Shown: positions 25,855-37,929 of the stretch, one piece after another
Position numbering within the stretch: the stretch's first letter is position 1
Layout: the number at the start of each line of letters is the position of its first letter
Source of the DNA: the human T2T-CHM13v2.0 reference genome, Homo sapiens
Assembly (NCBI RefSeq): GCF_009914755.1
Contig: NC_060927.1
Length of the DNA: 64,000 bases
Reading direction: 5' to 3' (one strand)
Notes under the pieces: generated by a model
What the model saw: the letters and a program-made list of their open reading frames with translations, nothing else
The model's database searches: none
Told to the model about the DNA's origin: nothing
Translations under genes and position numbers: made by a program

Positions 25855-28800
25855 TTTTTTGTTTTATTTCAATAGGTTTTGGGGGAACAGGTGATGTTTG
25901 GTTACATGAATAAGTTATTTAGTGGCCAATTCTGAGATCTTGGTGTACTCATCACCCAAGCAATGTGCACTATACCCAATGTGTAGTCTTTTATCCCTCA
26001 CACCCCTCCCACTCTTTGCCCAGAGTCCTCAAAGTGAATTGCATCATTCTTATGCCTTTCCGTCTTCATAGCTTAGCTTCTACTTATGAGTAAGAACATG
26101 TGATATTTGGTCTTCCACTCCTGAATTACTTCACTTAGAATGATGGTTTCCGATTCCTTCCAGGTTACTGCAAATGCTATTATTTCATTCCCTTTTAAGG
26201 CTGAATAGTATTCCACAGTATATATATATATATGGAATATACATATGTACATATATATGTATATACATATACATATGTACATATATATGTATATACATAT
26301 ACATATGTACATATATATGTATATACATATACATATGTACATATATATGTATATACATATACATATGTACATATATATGTATATACATATACATATATGT
26401 ATATGTGTGTATATTTTATATATATATATATGCACACACACCACAATTTCTTTATCCACTCACTGATGAGAATTTGGGCTGGTGCCATATTTTTACAATT
26501 ATGAATTCTGCTGCTATAAATATGCGTGTGCAAGTAACTAATTTGTATAATGACTTCTTTTCCTCTGGGTAGATACACAGTAGTGGGATTGCTGGATCAA
26601 ATGGCAGATCTACTTTTAGCTCTTTAAGGAATCTCCACACTGTTTTCCACAGTGGCTGTACTAGTTTACATTCCCACCAACGTGTAAAAGTGTTCCTTTT
26701 TCACCACATCCATGCCAACATCCATTATTTTTTAATTTTAAAATTATGGCCATTCTTGCAGCATAAGGTTGTATTGCCTTGTGGTTTTGATTTGCATTTC
26801 CCTGATCGTTAGTGATGTTGAACATTTTTTCATGTTTGTGGTCATTTGTTTATCTTCTTTTGTGAATTGTCTATTCATGTCCTTAGCCCACTTTTTGATG
26901 GGGCTGTTTATTTCTTGCTGATTTGAGTTCCTTGTAGATTCTGGATATTAGTCCTTTGTCAGATGTATAGATTGTGAAGATTTTCTCCCACTCTATGGCT
27001 TGTCTGTGTACTCTGTTGATTGTTTCTTCTGCTGTTCAGAAGTTTTTCATTTATTTAAATCCCATCTATTTGTATTTGTTTTGTTGCCTTTGCTTTTGGG
27101 TTCTTGGTCACAAAGTCTTTGCCTAAGCCATTGTCTAGAAGGGTTTTTTTTTTTTTTACTGTTATCTGATAGAATTCTTATGGTTTCAGATCTTAAAGTC
27201 TGATCTTAAGCTGACTTTTGTAAAAGGTAAGAGAAGAGGATCCAGTTTCATTCTTCTACATGTGGCTTGCCGATTATCCCAGCACCATTTGTTGAATAGG
27301 GTGTCCTTTCCCCACTTCCTGTTTTTGTTTGCTTTGTCAAAGATCAATTGGCTGTAAGTATTTGGCTTTATTTCTGGGTTCTCCATTCGTCCCATTGGTC
27401 TATGTGCCTATTTTTATACCAGTACCATGCTGTTTTGGTGACTATAGTCTTATATAGTTTGAAGTCGGGTAATGTAATGCCTCCAGATTTGTTCTTCTTG
27501 CTTAGTCTTGCTTTAGCTATGCAGGCACTTTTTTGGGTTCATATGAATTTTATGATTATTTTTTCTAGTTCTTTGAGGAATGATTGCGGTATTTTGATTG
27601 GAATTGTATTAATTTGTAGATTGCTTTTGGCATTATGGTCATTTTCACGTATTTCCATTTGTTTGTGTTTTCTATGATTTCTTTCAGCAGTGTTTTGTGG
27701 TTTTCCTTGTAGAGGTCTTCACCTCCTTTGTTAAGTATATTCCTACATTTTTGTTTTGTTTTGTTTTTCCAGTTATTGTAAAAGGGTTCTTGAGTTCTTG
27801 ATCTGATTCTCAGCTTGGTCACGGTTGTATAGTAGGGCTACTGATTTCTGTACATTCATTTTGTACCCCAAAACTTTACTGAATTCATTTATCAGCTACA
27901 GGAGCTTTTAGGATGAGTCTTTAGGGTTTTCTAGGTATATGATCCTGTCATCAGCAAACAGTGACAGTTTGACTTCCTCTTTATCAGTTTGGATACCCTT
28001 TCTTTCTTTCTCTTGTCTGACTGCTCTGGCTAGGATTTCCAGTACTATGTTGAATAGAAGTGATGAAAGTGGCCATCCTTGTCTTGATCCAGTTCTTAAA
28101 GGGAATGCTCTCAACTTTTCCCCACTCAGTATAATGTGGGCTATGGGTTTGTAATACATGGCTTTTATTACCCTAAGATATGTCCCTTCTATGCCAATTT
28201 TGCAGAGGGTTTTAATCACAAAGGGATGCTGGATTTTGTCAAAGGCTTTTTCTGTGTCTATTGAAATAATCATGTGATTTTTATTTTTAGTTCTGGTTAC
28301 GTGGTATATCACATTTACTGACTTGTGGATGTTAAACCATCCCTGCGCATCCCTTGTATGAAATCCACTTGATCACAGTGGATTATCTTTTTGATAGGCT
28401 GTTGGATCAAGTTAGCTAGCATTTTTTTTTTGAGGACTTTTGCATCTATGTTCATCAGGAACACTGGTGTGTACTTTTCTTTTTTTGTTATGTCATTTCC
28501 TGGTTTTGGTGTTAGGATAATACTGGCTTCATAGAATGATTTAGGAAGGATTCCCTCTTTCTCTATCTTGTGGAATAGTGTCAATAGGATTGGTACCAAT
28601 TGTTTGAATGTCTGATAGAATTTAGCTGTGAATCTGTCTGGTACTGAACATTTTTTGTTGGTGGTGGTGGTAACTTTTTAATTACCATTTCAATCTTGCT
28701 GCTTGTTATTGGTCTGTTCAGAGTTTCTATTTCCTCTTGGTTTAATCTAGGAGGGTTGTATATTTCCAGGAATTTATCCACTTCCTCTAAGTTTTCTAGT

Positions 28801-29476
28801 TTATGCGTGTAAAGGTGTTTATAGTAGCCTTGGACGATCCCTTGTATTTCTGTGTTATCAGTTGTAATATATCCCGTTTCATTTCTTATTGAGCTTATTT
28901 GGATCTTCCCTCCTCTTTTCTTGGTTATTCTCACTAATGGTCTATCAATTTTTTATCTTTTCAAAGAATCAGCTTTTTGTTTCATTTATCTGTTGTACTG
29001 TTTTAATTTCATTTAGTTCTGCTCTGATCTTTGTTATTTCTTTTCTTCTGCTGGGTTTGGTTTGTTCTTGTTTCTGTAGCTCCTTGAAATGTGACCTTAG
29101 ATTGTCTATTTGAGCTCTTTCAGACTTTTTGATGTAAACATTTAACACTATGAACTTTCCTCTTAGCACCACTTTTGCTGTTTCTTAGAGGTTTTGATAG
29201 GTTGTGTCACTATTATCATTTAGTTCAAAGAATTTTTAAATTTCCATCTTGTTTTCATTGTTGACCCAAAGATCATTCAGGAGCAGGTTATTTAATTTCC
29301 ATGTGTTTGCATAGTTTTGAGGATTCCTTTTGGAGTTGATTTCCAATTTTATTCCACTGTGGTCTGAGAGAGTATTTGCTATAATTTTGATTTTCTTAAA
29401 TTTGTTGAGACTTGTTTTGGGGCCTATCATGTGATCTGTCTTGGAGAATGTTCCATGTGTTGATGAATAGAATGTA
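25855..29476 (-). mobile_element. L1PB (L1PB1/2-like) 3' non-inverted segment: ORF2 endonuclease end, RT and C-terminus, 3'UTR
   Basis: 3' end ttttatttcaataggttttgggggaacagg; frameshifted ORF2 pieces at 27908-28312 ([11 protein letters not shown]...GSRQGWPLS...LFADD), 28315-28599, 28581-28934, 27186-27395, 26452-26640. Confidence 0.95.
26237..26396. repeat. 30-bp minisatellite (acatatgtacatatatatgtatatacatat) x5 plus partial units, inside L1PB
   Basis: Identical units start at 26241, 26271, 26301, 26331 and 26361. Confidence 0.97.
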
Positions 29477-30166
29477 AACAAATCCTCAAAATATACCAAA
29501 ATAAAATCTCCTTAAAGGGTAAATCTCACAGGACCTATAAAATTATAACACAATGAAAAAAAACACAAGGTATTCAACAAATAGCATGATGAATAGAATA
29601 GTACCTCATATCTCAATACTAATGTGGAATGTAAATGGCCTAAGTGTTCCACTTAAAAGACACAGAATGGCAGAATGGATAAGAATTCACCAATCAAGTA
29701 TCTGCTGTCTTCAAGAGACTCACCTGACATATAAGAACTCATAAACTTAAGGTAAAGGGGTGGACAAAGATATTCCATGCAAATGGACACCAAAAGTGAG
29801 CAGGAGTAACTATTTTTATATCAGAAAAAAAATTTTAAGGTAACAGCAGTTAAAAAAGACAAAGAGGGACCTTATATAAATGATAAAGGACTAGTCCAAT
29901 AGTAAAATATCACAATCCTAAATATATATGCACATAACACTTGAGCTCCCAAATCTACAACAATTACTACTAGACCTAAGAAATGAGATAGACAGCAAAC
30001 GATAGTAGTGGGGGACTTCAGTACTCCACTGACAGCTCTAGACAGGTCATCAAGATAGAAAGTCAACAAGGAAACAATGGACTTAAACTAAACCCTAGAA
30101 CAAATGGACCTAACAGATATTTACAGAACATTCTACCCAACAACTGCAGAATATACATTCTATTCA
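29477..30166 (+). mobile_element. Inverted 5' segment of the same L1PB (inter-ORF region and ORF2 endonuclease N-terminus)
   Basis: ORF 29553-29744 MNRIVPHISILMWNVNGL...ICCLQETHL is the APE endonuclease start; segment ends at the L1 position where the minus-strand segment begins. Confidence 0.92.
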
Positions 30167-30319
30167 ATTGCTTTTTGATTCAATTTTTCCTTCTTAAATA
30201 GGAGCACAGCACAAATCTTCAAGTCAGATATGTAAGCAGATGTCCAATCAAGAATCAGTGTCCTAATCTTCCTTTCTTGCAATAATTCATGTCTCTTTCA
30301 GTTAAAGGCAATATGACTT

Positions 30320-30560
30320 TTCATGAGCAAAGCATCTGGATCCAGAATATATAAAGCTGAAACCAGATTCTGACATGTAATAGCTGTGTGCAGCTTTGAG
30401 CAAGATGCTGTTCTGTGCCTCAATTTGTGCATCTGAAATCACGGGTAATAGTAACTCCTATCTCAGAAGGTGGTTGTGAGAAGAAACTGAGTTAATAAAT
30501 GTGTGATGTGCTCAGTCTGTTCCCTAGCACAGTGATCACCCAATACATTTTAGCTATCAA
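30320..30560 (+). mobile_element. MIR
   Basis: tagctgtgtg...tgagcaag...ctgtgcctcaatttgtgcatctgaaa...gggtaatagta...gttgtgagaa. Confidence 0.75.
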
Positions 30561-30876
30561 ATTTTATTTGGATTCCCTGTATCTATGGGAAGGTACAATT
30601 TTCCACCCATTCTCCTCACAAGAAAGGAAGAAAGAAATCTCTTAACAGGAATAATGCATTTCTAGTGACATCTGACCCTCAAGTTCTTTTAGTTCTTTAG
30701 GAAAAAGGTAGAAAATAATGGTTAAGTTCCCATAATGGGATCTGGTGCCCCTTATTGATGCCTTTTATGATGTGGCTGGTGGCTCCCATTATGCAGTGTG
30801 GATACTTGGACATAATTACGAGACAACAAGAAAATTAACATTGGACCTCATTTTATACTTACTTGAGGCAAGATAG

Positions 30877-31268
<392 letters not shown>

Positions 31269-32307
31269 AACACAGGATTTTTTTTAATGACCCAAATCTT
31301 TTATACATCGTGCATCAATTCTAAATTGTATGGTGGACCACAGAGAAGAGTAATGTTTTAAGAACCGCTAGACACTGTGGCTGATCTTAATTTCAAAAGT
31401 ACAGCTGTAACTGAAAGGCCTATTCACTGCATGTAAAATAAAGGAAAAGCAACCATAAACTAACCACACTATCCAAACACAGCCTCTTCCTACTTGAGAT
31501 TCTTATTCAATGAATCATTCATTCTTATGAAAATAAATAAGATAAAATTTACAATCATAATTTAAGAATGTCAGGAGATAGGAGAAATGTATAAATTTGG
31601 TATACCTAAAAAAGAAAATCCTTTCTGAGGAAGTCTATTTTGACAGACCCAAATCATTTTAGATAAAAGGATATTTTATTGCATTAAAAGGGCAGGCAGG
31701 AAAGAAGTAGCATCAACAAATGAATGTGGAAGGATCAAGATGTGAAGGAAAATAAGCAAAGAGGAGAAAAAGTTACTGAATGAATGTTTAGTTTACTGAA
31801 TAATAAGCTAAATGTTGCAGAATAATCCACTTGAAACTGGCCATATACAAGTTTAATAGAAAAAAATTGGAATTTTTCAGCATTGATTAGAGGTAGTATT
31901 TCCCTGGCAAACCAACTGAATCACCAATTTTGTTACAAAGCAAAATTAGTATTCTTAGAGAACTTATCTTCAAACAGGTTACTCTGTATGTGATTCTGAA
32001 TAAACTACAATGTTTTTGGTGATAAGAGGCTCATCTGCCTCTAACCCTCCACCACATTCCTTTCTGTCTTTAACTTCATGTATCCATTTTTTAAGTAGAA
32101 AAGATCTGACTAGTTTGACTAAGTAGAAAGATTATCTATTACAAATGACAAATATTTATTTTTCATTTAGTCAGTGAGAAAGACTGAAACCATTTGAAAG
32201 TTTTGGGTTTGTGTTTTATTGACAGGATTTTTTTCTCTACTGAAAAATGTAAAATGAAGTAGGAAGAAATTTTCTATGTTGTTTTAACTGTGCACTTATT
32301 CAATAAC

Positions 32308-32506
32308 TTTATTTATTTTTTATTATACTTTAAGTTTTAGGGTACATGTGCACAACGTGCAAGTTAGTTACATATGTATACATGTGCCATGTTGGTGTGC
32401 CGCACCCATCAACTCATCATTTAACATTAGGTATATCTCCTAATGCTCTCCCTCCCCCCTCTCCCCACCCCACAGCAGTCGCTGGTGTGTGATGTTCCCC
32501 TTCCCT
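32308..32506 (-). mobile_element. Short L1PA (PA3-5-like) 3' end carrying extra 3' sequence (32277-32307)
   Basis: ttattatactttaagttttagggtacatgtgcacaacgtgc...; 19-bp TSD agtaggaagaaattttcta at 32258-32276 and 32507-32525. Confidence 0.93.
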
Positions 32507-33069
32507 AGTAGGAAGAAATTTTCTAATTAGAAATTAACATTCACTTTGTCTTCACACAAAGACGGCATCACCGTCTATGGGAATTTGTTCCCACTCAACT
32601 GACAGTGTCCCTAAAATATAGCTAGTATTAACATTACCATTTAATCCTTAAAAAGTATTTACTATAAATCTTATGCCAAACCGTATTCTGAGAAAACAGC
32701 AGTAGTTACATATAAATTCAGGTGACCTGGTCACCTAGGAGTCAACCAGATCATGATACGTCTCCACAGCATTTCTTATTAAATTTATTTTCTTGTAAAG
32801 CTATGAAATAAAGACACACAGGAAAGGTTTATAATAAACTACAGTGGTGTACAGGTAGCACTTACTCTAGTATCTCTTAATACAATGTACTCATTTTTAA
32901 TAATATGTACGGTACTTACAGCATTATTTTTTATCAATCACATATAAAATCTGGCAAATATTTTGGGTTTAATATTTAAATAAGATAATTAATATTTGTC
33001 TAATTCTTCTTCTACAGTTGTGTGATGCACTAATATCCGCGCCCTCATGCAAAGCGTAAGCTAAACAAG

Positions 33070-36000
33070 TTTTTTCTTAGTCTATGTAACAGTCTATTAA
33101 TTTTGCTTATCTTTCCAATAAACCAACTCTTAGTTCAATTAATATTTTATATTGTTTTCCTACTCTCTATTTCATTTATTTCTGCTCTGATCTTTCTAGT
33201 TTCTTCCTTCTGCTAACTTTTGGCTTAGTTTGTTCCTCTTTTCCTAGTTCTTTGAGGTATAATGTTAGATTGCTCATTTGAGATCATTCTTCTCTTTTGA
33301 TGCTCATGATTGCTACTATAAAATTCCCGCTTAGCACTGTTTTTGACGCATTGCATAAGGCGATATGTGGTGTTTTCATTGTTTCAAGATATTTTTCAAT
33401 TTCCCTATTACTTTCTTATTTGACTCAATAGTTGTTCAAAAGTATGTTTCATTTCCATATACTTGTAAGCTTTCCATGATTCCTCCTCTTACTGATTTCT
33501 AGTTTTGTTGCATTTTGGTCAAAAAAGATACTTCACAAAGAAATATGTTGAGACTTGTTTTGTGGCTTAACATATGATCTTTTCTGAAGAATCATCCACG
33601 TGCACATGAGAAGAATGTGTATTATTTTGTTGTTGGGTGGAATGTCCTACATGTGTTGGTTAGATCCATCTGCTGTAAAGTGTAGTCCAAGTTCAGTGTT
33701 TCTGTATTAATTTTCTGTGAGGATAATCTAACCATTGCTGAAAGTAGGATGTTGATCCCCTACAATTAATGTATTAGACTCTATCTATCCCTTCATATAT
33801 TTTAATAACTTCTTTAGATATTTATGTGCTCTGATGTTGGGTACATATGTATTTACGATTGCTATATTTTGTTGGTGAAGTAACCACTTTATTATTATAT
33901 AATGGCCTTCTTTTTCTTTTGTGACAGTTTTTTTACTTAAAGCTTACGTTGTCTAATATAAGTATAGCTACCTCTGCTCTCTTTTCCATTGCATAGGATA
34001 TATTTTTTCACCCATTAACTTTTAGTTTATTTGTCCTCAAAGGAGAAATGAGTCTCTTAAAGTGAGCACATTGTTGAGTCTTGATTTTTTATTCATTAAC
34101 TCACTCTATACTTTCTTATTGCAAATCTTAATCCATTTAAAGTAATTATTGATACAGGTAAGGATTTACTAATGTCATTTTGTTAATTTTTCTACTTGTT
34201 TGACATATCTTTGGTTCCTTTCTTCCTCTCTTGCTGTCTTTGCGGCTTAATGGTTCTCTCTAATGATATACTCTGAATCATTTTTATCTTTTGTGTACCT
34301 ACTATGGGTTTTTGCTTTTTGGTTATGCTGAGGCTTACAAAAAGCACCTCATATTTATAACAGGCTATTTTAAACTAATAAAAATCTAACTTGGCATACA
34401 CAAACTCTACACTTTTTCTACCCATAACCCCCAGCATTTTAGGTTTTTGATGACACAATTTACATTCCTTTATAATTTGCATCCCTCAACAAGATATTAT
34501 AGCTATAATTGTTTGTAATAGTTTTTCCTTTTAGCCTTCATACTAGAAATAAGGTTAACTTACACATTGCCATTATAGTATTAGAATGTTTTAAATCTAA
34601 AAATTTATTTACTTTTATTTTGTGAGTTTTATACATTCACATGTTTTCTTTTACTAATTTGCATCCTTTTCATTCAGCTTGTAAAAATTTTGTTAGCACT
34701 TTTTGTGAGGAAGTTCAGTGGGAATAAACTCCCTTAGCTTTTGTTTGTCTGAGAAAGTCTGTATCATCTCTTCATCTTTGAAAGACAGAATTGCCTGGCA
34801 TATTAATCTTGACAGGCAAGGTTTGTTTTTTTCTCTCAGTATTCTGAAATATCAAACCACTTCTTTATGATTGCAATGTTTTTGCTAAAAAAAAATCCAC
34901 TAATAGTTTTACGGAAGTTTCCTTGTATGTAACAAGTAGTTCTCTTGCTGTTTTCAAAATTTTCTAATTTTGATAATTTAAAATAATGTGCCTCAGAGTG
35001 AGTATCTTTATATGCATCCTATTTAATATCTTTTGGGCTTCTTATATGTGGACTTCTATTTTCCTTCTCAGTCTTGGCAAGTATTATGCCATTATTTATT
35101 TGAGTATATTTTTGGTCTTTTCTTGATTTCTTCTCCTGGAATTCTAATAATGCATAGATGGTTTCACTTGACCGTTTCCCATAATTTTCTTAAGCCATCT
35201 TCCATCTTTCATTTATTTCTTTTTTGTTTAAGTGGATGATTTCCAGTGACCTGTCTTTGAGTTCACTGATGCCTTTTTTGCTTAATCCATCCTGCATTAG
35301 ATTTTTCTATTCATTTTTTAACTTCAGTTATTATATTCTTCAGTACTATGATTTCTGTTTGGTACTTTTTATAGTTTGTCTCTTTGTTGAAATTCTCAGT
35401 TTGTTGATATTTTGCTCCCCTAACCTCAGTGAGTATTTTTATGACAGTTCTTTTGAATTCTTTGTTGGGTAAATCACATATCTCCATATCCTTATTTTTA
35501 GCATCTAAAGATTTATCTTGTTCTTTCATTTGGAACATATTTCCCTTTTTATTTTTATTGACTCTCAGTGTTGGTTTCTGTTTATTAGATGAGACAGTAG
35601 CATCCCTCAGTCCTTTTAGACTGGCCTCTTGTAAAAGAAGAACCTCACCAATCCATCCAGTCAGAGATCCTAAAGTGCCTCTCAAATCTCTGTGTTTGTC
35701 CAAACTGCTGACTCTGTTTTTAGCGGCCATCTGGAGACAAGAGTATGCCAAGTCTTGTCAGTACCTCAGAATGGGTAAGCTAGAAGCCAGTGTCTCTAGA
35801 TGCAGCTGGAAAGGTTGGGGTGTTAGATGTTTGTTCTAGTTTCTTCTATCCTCAGGATAAAGCTGACAGCAGAAGACAATCTCTCACCTTCCCTACACTA
35901 AGCCTGGAAGAAGATCTGTGGAAAATGCCTGCATTCTCCTTCCTACTATACCCTTTGATTCTGGCAGAATATTTTCTGTAAATGGGTCCTCTGAATGTGT

Positions 36001-37620
36001 CCACCTCTTTGTTTTCTGTGATATAGGGAGACTCAAGCATGCAGAGCCTCATCAACTCCTGAATCTAGGTGGGTAGGGAGTCAATTCATTACGTGCAAGC
36101 TGTTCCATACACAATCTATTTGTGTGCTTGGTACATAGAAAAATTCCTTCCAGAGAGAATCTACAGACTTGGCTTTATCACTGGCATAAGCCAGGAAAAA
36201 AGGTTCAAGAAGTAACCAAAATCTCATTCAGTCTTCCAAAGGTTTATTGTTTCTCTACACCACTGATTCCCAAATTCAGGCTAGATAGGAGCTCAATCCT
36301 CAACCAACAGCTGAAAAACTGGGCATGCAAGCCTCTTGCAGGAAAAAACTGGGAAATGTGCATTTCAGCCCCATCTATGCACTGATTATAGGAGGTTTAG
36401 GCCTTGGGAATGCCGGTGTGCTTATTTAAAACCATCTCTTTATTCTGTAATCAAGGGAGAATCACACATGCCTAGTACGTCTCATTTCCTGGGCTAGAAG
36501 GTTTAGGATATGGTGTAGGAGCTATAAAAGTTGGGGCACTGATGCATGCACCAATGCCTTCCAGGAGTAATCGATAGACCTGGATTTACCCCTGGGATAA
36601 GCTAGGGGAAAGGTTTAGAATACACACAGCTACTGTTCAGAATCCTGGAGGTCTATAGTATGTCAGCTCAGTTAACTCTCTAATGCAGCCTTGTTAGAAG
36701 CTTGACTATAAGCAGCAGCAGTTGAAAGAGTTTGTGGAAAAAAACCCTCTATGGAAAAACTGGAAGCTTTGAGTTTTAGCCCCTTTTCTGCCTCAATCTT
36801 GAGAGAAGTCCCTGGAAGTGTGATCATGCCTATATAGAACTGCTACATTGTTTTGTGTTCTAGGGAGATTTGTGTATGCTTAGTCCATTATGCTTCCAAG
36901 GCAGGTGGATTAAGAGCCAAATTGTGAGGAAACTTAGAGTGCTACATGTGTGGCCTGAACCTTTGTCTCTTCACGGGGAAGCTGGGTGTTGGGAATTCCT
37001 TCCTTACTGGAATGGTGCTAAGATTTGTGCCTGAATGTGCCTCAGCTTTACTAACCTATTCAATATGAATGCTCTCCTCAGACCACACCACACCCAAAGA
37101 CAAAAGCCTCCCAAGGAGCTAATTGTCCACCTTCAGGAGGGGTGCAGACTGATGTCAGAGAAGATAGTTCTCACTCCTCTCACCTTTTCCTCTCATTGAG
37201 AAATGTAGCCACACCACAACACAGGGTTGGAGAAGAAGCTGGGAAGGGGACATAGCAAGGATCTCTGTCACTCAAACAGTGGCCTTTCTGGCAAGGTAAA
37301 CTGTTTGGCACTCATTCCCGGATGCCCAGGGCAGTGGCATTGTGCAGTATCCTGCCTAGGCTCTGGCCTCTGCCCGCCCCTCCTTCTTGTTCTGTCTGCC
37401 ATGTTTCTGAGGGGCCTAGATGTTTCTTGGTCTGGCTCAATGTCTTCAACAAAGAACACTTTCCAGTCCATCAGAGATAACAGCAAACAAAAATCCAACG
37501 TGTAGGATTTTCTCAACTTGTTTATCTCAGAAGTAATTGATCTGTGTGTAGATGTTTATTTGGTGTGTTGATGGAACAGGGAGAGTCAGTAGCCTCGTAT
37601 TCCATGTTGCTGATGTCATC
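33070..37620 (-). mobile_element. Old L1M (L1MA/MB-era) 5' half: 5'UTR, ORF1 and ORF2 endonuclease region
   Basis: ORF 35311-35751 (NMFQMKEQDKS...EICDLPNKEFKRTVIKILTEV...ENFNKE) is an L1 ORF1 N-terminus; 33100-33950 is antisense ORF2 EN sequence; 5'UTR motifs end near gttgctgatgtca. Confidence 0.85.
37081..37492. other. Unassigned ~410-bp GC-richer insertion inside the L1M 5'UTR
   Basis: L1 5'UTR-like sequence stops at ...gaatgctctcctca and resumes at tccaacgtgtagg; the intervening sequence matches no repeat I recognise; no TSD. Confidence 0.6.
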
Positions 37621-37709
37621 CTACATGCGGGGGCTTTTAATGGCTCTGTAGTATCCATTTGCCAAGATTTCCTAAATTATTTCCACTAATCAATATGTAT
37701 ATTTTTGTG

Positions 37710-37922
37710 TGCTTTTCCTTGTTGTGCGGGCATGAGGAACAAGAGACTGCTCTGATACTTCTTCTTATATGGGCACTACTCCCATCAATGAAGGACTTAC
37801 CTTCAAGACTTGAGCAAACCTCCATTACTTCCCAAAGGCTCCATCTAAAATACCATCCCCCTGGGGATTAAGGCTTCATCATATGAAATGGGGAGGAGGG
37901 CACAAAAATTCAGTCCATAATA
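37710..37922 (-). mobile_element. MLT1A-like MaLR LTR (partial)
   Basis: cttcttatatgggcact...ttacttcccaaaggctccatct...gggattaaggcttcatcatatgaa...aaattcagtccata. Confidence 0.75.
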
Positions 37923-37929
37923 CTCCCTC

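Noticed and set aside
26241-26390. CRISPR-like or other prokaryotic array
   Set aside because: Repeats are head-to-tail with no spacers and the sequence is clearly primate genomic DNA.
26073-26578. Six overlapping ORFs rich in Y/I/C/H/M/V/T
   Set aside because: Artefact of the stop-free 30-bp TA/CA minisatellite.
37268-37516. 82-aa minus-strand ORF as a processed pseudogene
   Set aside because: I do not recognise the peptide, the ORF starts in flanking L1 sequence, and there is no TSD or minus-strand poly(A); kept only as an unassigned insertion.
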